From Psammoneis japonica (lineage: Eukaryota), in the NCBI GenBank assembly GCA_008632985.1, contig QPGO01000100.1:1-64000 (forward strand): 64,000 bases of DNA, read 5' to 3'. Positions within the stretch are counted from its first letter, which is position 1. Each line of letters starts with the position of its first letter. Position numbers and translations under genes: made by a program. Below are positions 59,330 through 64,000 of this stretch, in pieces. The notes beneath the pieces are model-generated. The model saw nothing but the letters and a program-made list of their open reading frames with translations. It was not told the DNA's origin and did not search any database.

Positions 59330-61047
59330 ATGAGCAGCAACTTTACCAAACCCGACGACTTTCTCGTCGAGGGTTTGGAAGAGATCCAGCCGGCCTATGC
59401 CGAATTCAAGGGGAAGATGTACGCCGGCATGTTGCCGTCCGACAACAACGGCCGTACCGGCATGACCATGTTTTGGATGTTTCAACCCGATACTCAGAAA
59501 ATCGAAAAGAGCATTGTACTGTGGCTCAATGGTGGTCCCGGTTGTTCGTCGTTCAATTGTGGAGTCATGATGGAGCATTCGCCCGTGACGCAGCCTCTCC
59601 ACGATGCGGGGTATTGTTGTCTGAAACCGACGCCCGAGTTGAGCGTCAATCCGCACACGTGGACGCGTGCAACCACTATGCTGTATGTGGAACATCCCAT
59701 TGGAACGGGCTTTTCGTATGGACATCCCTATCCAAATAACGAGCGAGAAGCATCGGCAGATTTGGATGCATTTCTGCAGAACTTTTACAAGGTCTTTACG
59801 GATCTGCAAGACCACGACTTTTATGTCGTTGGGGAGTCTTATGCCGGCATGTTTGTCCCGTCCATCTCCAGGTACATTCATCGTGCCAACCAACAAGGTG
59901 ATAAGGATCGTATTCCAGTCCCTCTCAAGGGCGCGGCACTCGGTAACGGGTGGATTGAACCCAAGATTCAAGGCCCCGCAACAATCGATTACTCGTGGTG
60001 GCACGGACTGATTGACAACCTACGCGCGATGCCCTTCATACAGAATGGGACAGTTGCATGGAATATTTCAAGAGTGGCGTTACCGATACCACAGAGCCTC
60101 CTCCTTTTCATGCCTTTAATGTACAAGATGATTGTGGCATCATGTGGGGTATCCTGGAGGCCGCAGGTAATCCCAATGCTTACGATATCACAACGTGGGA
60201 TCCCAATGTCGATCAAATCACCTTTACGTCCGAAGCCTTTTTCAACGATCCCATTGTCAAGAAGGCGCTTCATGTCGATGAAGTTGCGTTTGATCATTTC
60301 TGGCATGGCTGTCAAGCGGGATCGGGTCGTCGTCGCTTCTTGTCTGCTGCTAGTAGTACTTTGCCGGATCAACGCATTCGCAAGCTGTACATGGACAATG
60401 ATCGTCCAATTTCGGTTGTGCCGTACATTGCTGAACTCCTCGAGGACGATATTCCCGTTCTTGTTTACAATGGCGATCGCGACATGACCACCAACATGGT
60501 TGGAACGGAGCTTTGCTTGAATGAGATGGAGTGGAGCGGAAAGGACGAATGGTTGGATGCGCCCAGGGGGCTTTGGAAAGTGGACGACTATCCTGCCGGA
60601 TGGGCCAAGGAATACAAGAGTCTCACGTTTGCCGTTGTATACAACAGTGGTCACATGGTAAGTTATGATGGCGTTTGAATGGGCGAAGCGCTTGCTATGC
60701 TCACTCTCGACACGGATTATGCTTTCTAACACTTTGGAATTTCGCATTACCAACAGGTCCCTTACAATGCTCCAACCAGTGCTTATGATCTCCTTACAAG
60801 GTTCATGACTCAAAAGAGCTTCATTGATGCCGAGGCTCCCCAGATTCGGGCGGATCCGGTGCGTCCAATCGCCCCTTTCCCCGTTGTTGACCCCGGCCAC
60901 AAGCCACGAGCCATGACGACGAGCACCAAGTACGCAATGGTCGATTTCCTTCCTGTCCTTATTGCGGTTTTGGTTGGCTTTTTCTTGGGAGCACTCTTTC
61001 GCGGGCGTGGCAGCCCTCGAAGGGGATACGAGGTTGTCCCAGAGTGA
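59330..61047 (+). CDS. Serine carboxypeptidase S10 (KEX1-like, C-terminal TM)
   Basis: WLNGGPGCSS, GESYAG, YNGDRD and SGHM|VP with intron ~60658-60756. Frameshift near 60020. Confidence 0.92.
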
Positions 61048-62109
61048 GACTACCAAGTGAAAGCTAGCTAGTTATGCAGTAGAAGTGTTGGGGGGTTAGA
61101 TTAAAAATGTTTACTTAATTGTACTACAGACAGTGGTGACTGATTCCTGAGCTATAACGCAGGATCGCTGAGCCTACGTTTACCTTGTTGGTGCTGACTT
61201 CAACAAATGTAGCTGACAAGTCACAATTATTGCGTTCCAGCGATGTTGCTCTACCTCTGGTAGGCCCTCTAGCTAGTAGGAGCATGTACTTATACTCTCT
61301 ACTCTTTCTAGAAGTAGCTACTAAGCTCTCTCTACTAGCCACTCTAGCTAGAGTACCGTGGAGCTAAGCAGGGATGAGTTGGATGCTCCGAATTCTAGAA
61401 TGATGACGGTTGATTGGCAGTTATTGGCTTTCGCGCGACCCGTGGGATACTCTCTACTTGCTACTAGCTAGCTACTCTAGCCGCTAAGAGAGCGAACAGC
61501 CGTCGTTCCGGATTCAGGGGCGTAGATTTTTGTTTTTGGAGATGACAAAGTGTCGACCCGCATTGGCCTTCTTTGAGCTGTTCTTCATTGTTGACATTAA
61601 TTGAAGACACAGACATTGCTTTTAGGAGTGGGCCTTTGGTTTGGCAAGAAACGGAGTTGTTGTTGTGCAGAAATCAAAGCAAACACGGGTCTTTTTGCTG
61701 TGGCGTTGCCTTTTCTGAGCAGCAAAACCCATGCTCTGATGTTTGTTCATTTGTGTCACCTCCTCTGATGATGACCATTGCTGTCATCTGTGTGCAGTGT
61801 GTTTGATCTGTGGTGAGAAATGTCACACTGTCACGTTGACTGGGAAATGCCGCAAAATGGGAAATTTTCATTGCCCACATTTTGATGCATGCATTCATTC
61901 AATGCACCTCCTTTGTTGCTTCCCTTTGATGGTGTCTCTTTGTTGTAGACACAAAAACATCCTCTGTCTTTGATGTGCTGTCTGTGTGATTTGTGGTGAG
62001 AAATGTCAGTCACACTCGTGTGTGGTCTCGTGCCAGCATTTTGTGGCTAAGACCGACCCATGCTGCTTTGATGTTTGTTCATTCATTTCACCTCTTTGCT
62101 CACACTTCT

Positions 62110-62208
62110 TTGATCTAATCTCTTCTTCACTTGTGAAAAAATTGCATTGCTTTGCGCTTGATCCAATCTCTTCTTCACTTGTGAATGGATTGCATTGCCT
62201 TGCACTTG
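62110..62208. repeat. Two-copy 48-bp tandem duplication
   Basis: ttgatc(t/c)aatctcttcttcacttgtgaa...attgcattgc.ttgc(g/a)c at 62110 and 62158. Confidence 0.85.
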
Positions 62209-62399
62209 CGTTTTGGTGGGGTCATCCTCATCACATTGGCACAGGACATCCCATCAAGGAGCTGCCCTCTGCCATTGCATCTGACAATGACAACCTGTGC
62301 TGTGCCAGTGGCATGCAACAGCCAAAAAACATGGTGGTGGATGACCCAATGTGATGGCATCTCATCACACGTTGGCTTTGTGGTGCCAGGAACATTGGC

Positions 62400-63500
62400 T
62401 CTGTGTCCAGAGTGTGCAAATCCTGAGAGAAAATGTTGTTGTCTGATGATGACAGAGGAGGAGACAACTTGTGAAAGCAGTTCTGTGCCAACACCCATTT
62501 GGAGGGCACAGTCCAAAGCTTTCTTTGTGTGGTGCTGAGCTGGGACTTTTGTTGTTCGACCCAATCACTTGACATGAATGTGTCCTCCACTGAAGAATTG
62601 CCAAGCACTCTGCTTGGCCCTGCCCTGGGGTCAAGCAGCATCTTTGCTGTTGGTGAACTCAGCCACAAACAACCCACCGACAATGGCATCAAGAGCAGCC
62701 AACACGTTCTTGCTTTGTGAGCACATGATTTAGTTCAGCACAAGCCAGAGCTGTCACATGTGCCTGATGCCATTGCTGGGGTGGTGCTCACAGTGGAAAA
62801 TCCACGCGCATCAGCAGCAGCCCTTCCAAGCAGATTTGACAAAGCGTTCAAGGAAGTGCTGGAAATCAAATGCATCACATGCAACATCCTGTGCAATGCC
62901 TCGTTTGACAACACTCCAAAGGATGATGACAGAGATGCTCTTTTTCTCAAGGTGAATCTTTTCAGGCAGGACAACATGAAGTTGGTGTGTGGTCTGGAAG
63001 AGGATTCTGTCAGTTGCTTGCATGAGGAGACAAACAAGCCATTGTTCATGTTTGAGAACACCACAGCAGTGGACAATGCTCAGGCTGGAGGAAATTCTTT
63101 CACAGTGCAGGTCAAGGACAGTGCAACTGGGTTTCAAAGCTGGTCTTTTGTGTGAAACTGGGTTTCAAAGCTGGGCCTTTGTCCACGTGGGCATCCTGGA
63201 AGAGGAGGAATTCCCTTGGATCTCAGAGCTGCCAGGCTGCACAGATGAGAAGGACACTCACTGCATCCTGTCCAAAATGCCTGCCTGCAAGTTTTGGATT
63301 GGTCACTTTTCACCACATGTGCATGGTGTGCCAAACAGACCATTTGAAAGTGAAAATGACATGGCTGTCACATTGGGAGGCTTGTGTTGATGGTGAGCTC
63401 TGCTTCGGAGCATTGGCCACTCCCAGTGCTTGGGGACACCATGGCTTGTCAAACTCCTTGACAGTTGGCAGATGGCTTCTGCAGCAGATTCACACATTTC
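62400..63500 (+). pseudogene. Hypermutated coding-like relic of unknown identity
   Basis: Protein-like stretches such as PDAIAGVVLTVENPRASAAALPSRFDKAFKEVLEI...GLEEDSV..LFMFENT, broken by TGA stops and frameshifts. Confidence 0.35.
63125..63183. repeat. Two-copy 31-bp tandem duplication
   Basis: aactgggtttcaaagctgg at 63125 and 63156. Confidence 0.85.
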
Positions 63501-64000
63501 AGTCCCTTGTTTGCACTGCATCTTTGTGCTGCATCAGAAAGCATCAACCTGGCAACAATTTGTGAATGTGCACTTCGCAAAGAGTGCTTTGAGATGGGCA
63601 AATCCAAAATTCCAATCCCCATGATGGACATTTTTGTCCTTGAAGCTAGAATGTGTTTGAATGCAATGTGATGCTGCAGGTGATTTACATGTGAGACATG
63701 AAGAAGCTTTGGGTCATTTCATGCTTTTTCATTGCGCCAGCAGTCGTGAAAGTTCGAACAAACCTTGTCACAGTTAAGCACCTGCATTTTCTTGCAAAAT
63801 GTGAAATGAAGGTTGTCGAAAACTGCATCTTCACAGGGTGCACCTGCCAGAAAGGAAAATGTTTTTGCCATTTCAGGACCAAGAGGCATTTAACTGCACG
63901 GCAGCTTTCAAATGTTGGAGCGCATCAGACAAGAACTTTTGTGCTGAATTTTGCATTCTGTCACAATGAACTACAAACAAAATTGTCAGTGCCACTGTGA

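Larger units (their letters stand above)
61560..64000. other. CpG- and TpA-depleted hypermutated domain 2 (continues beyond the window)
   Basis: Same TG/CA-rich composition and Tyr-poor, Cys/His-rich ORFs in all frames, with an abrupt onset after ~61560. Confidence 0.88.

Noticed and set aside
59291..61056. Long antisense ORFs (237 and 355 aa) and similar shadows over TOR and the MFS gene
   Set aside because: They are antisense shadows of well-supported genes and show no motifs of their own.
24343..63183. 31-48 bp repeats as CRISPR arrays
   Set aside because: Each has only two adjacent copies, with no unique spacers and no cas genes, in a eukaryotic context.

Overview
Eukaryotic, gene-dense DNA that looks like a diatom: short GT-AG introns, bipartite ASAFAP-type plastid presequences, and diatom-style SET and Pro/Thr-linker proteins. 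It holds about 22 protein genes. These include a fascin-like beta-trefoil gene missed by the ORF track, NTAN1, TOR, a sulfotransferase, an MFS transporter, two double-SET paralogues, a secreted M64-like peptidase mosaic, an Iwr1-ankyrin protein, a Na+/H+ exchanger, a PAO-like Rieske oxygenase, a GT77 glycosyltransferase, an anoctamin, a trypsin and an S10 carboxypeptidase. Many genes carry 1-bp frameshifts, most likely assembly errors. The standout signal is two sharply bounded domains (~21450-31040 and ~61560-end) that have lost almost all CpG and also almost all TpA, both converted to TpG/CpA. The first holds a decayed Ty3/Gypsy gag-pol whose conserved Tyr residues have become Cys or His. 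It also holds a copy of a neighbouring gene's 5' region whose intact twin shows the TA->CA/TG and CG->CA/TG changes directly. This suggests a domain-targeted, RIP-like hypermutation process with a TpA-specific A->G arm, opposite in direction to fungal RIP. All calls were made by eye, without database searches.
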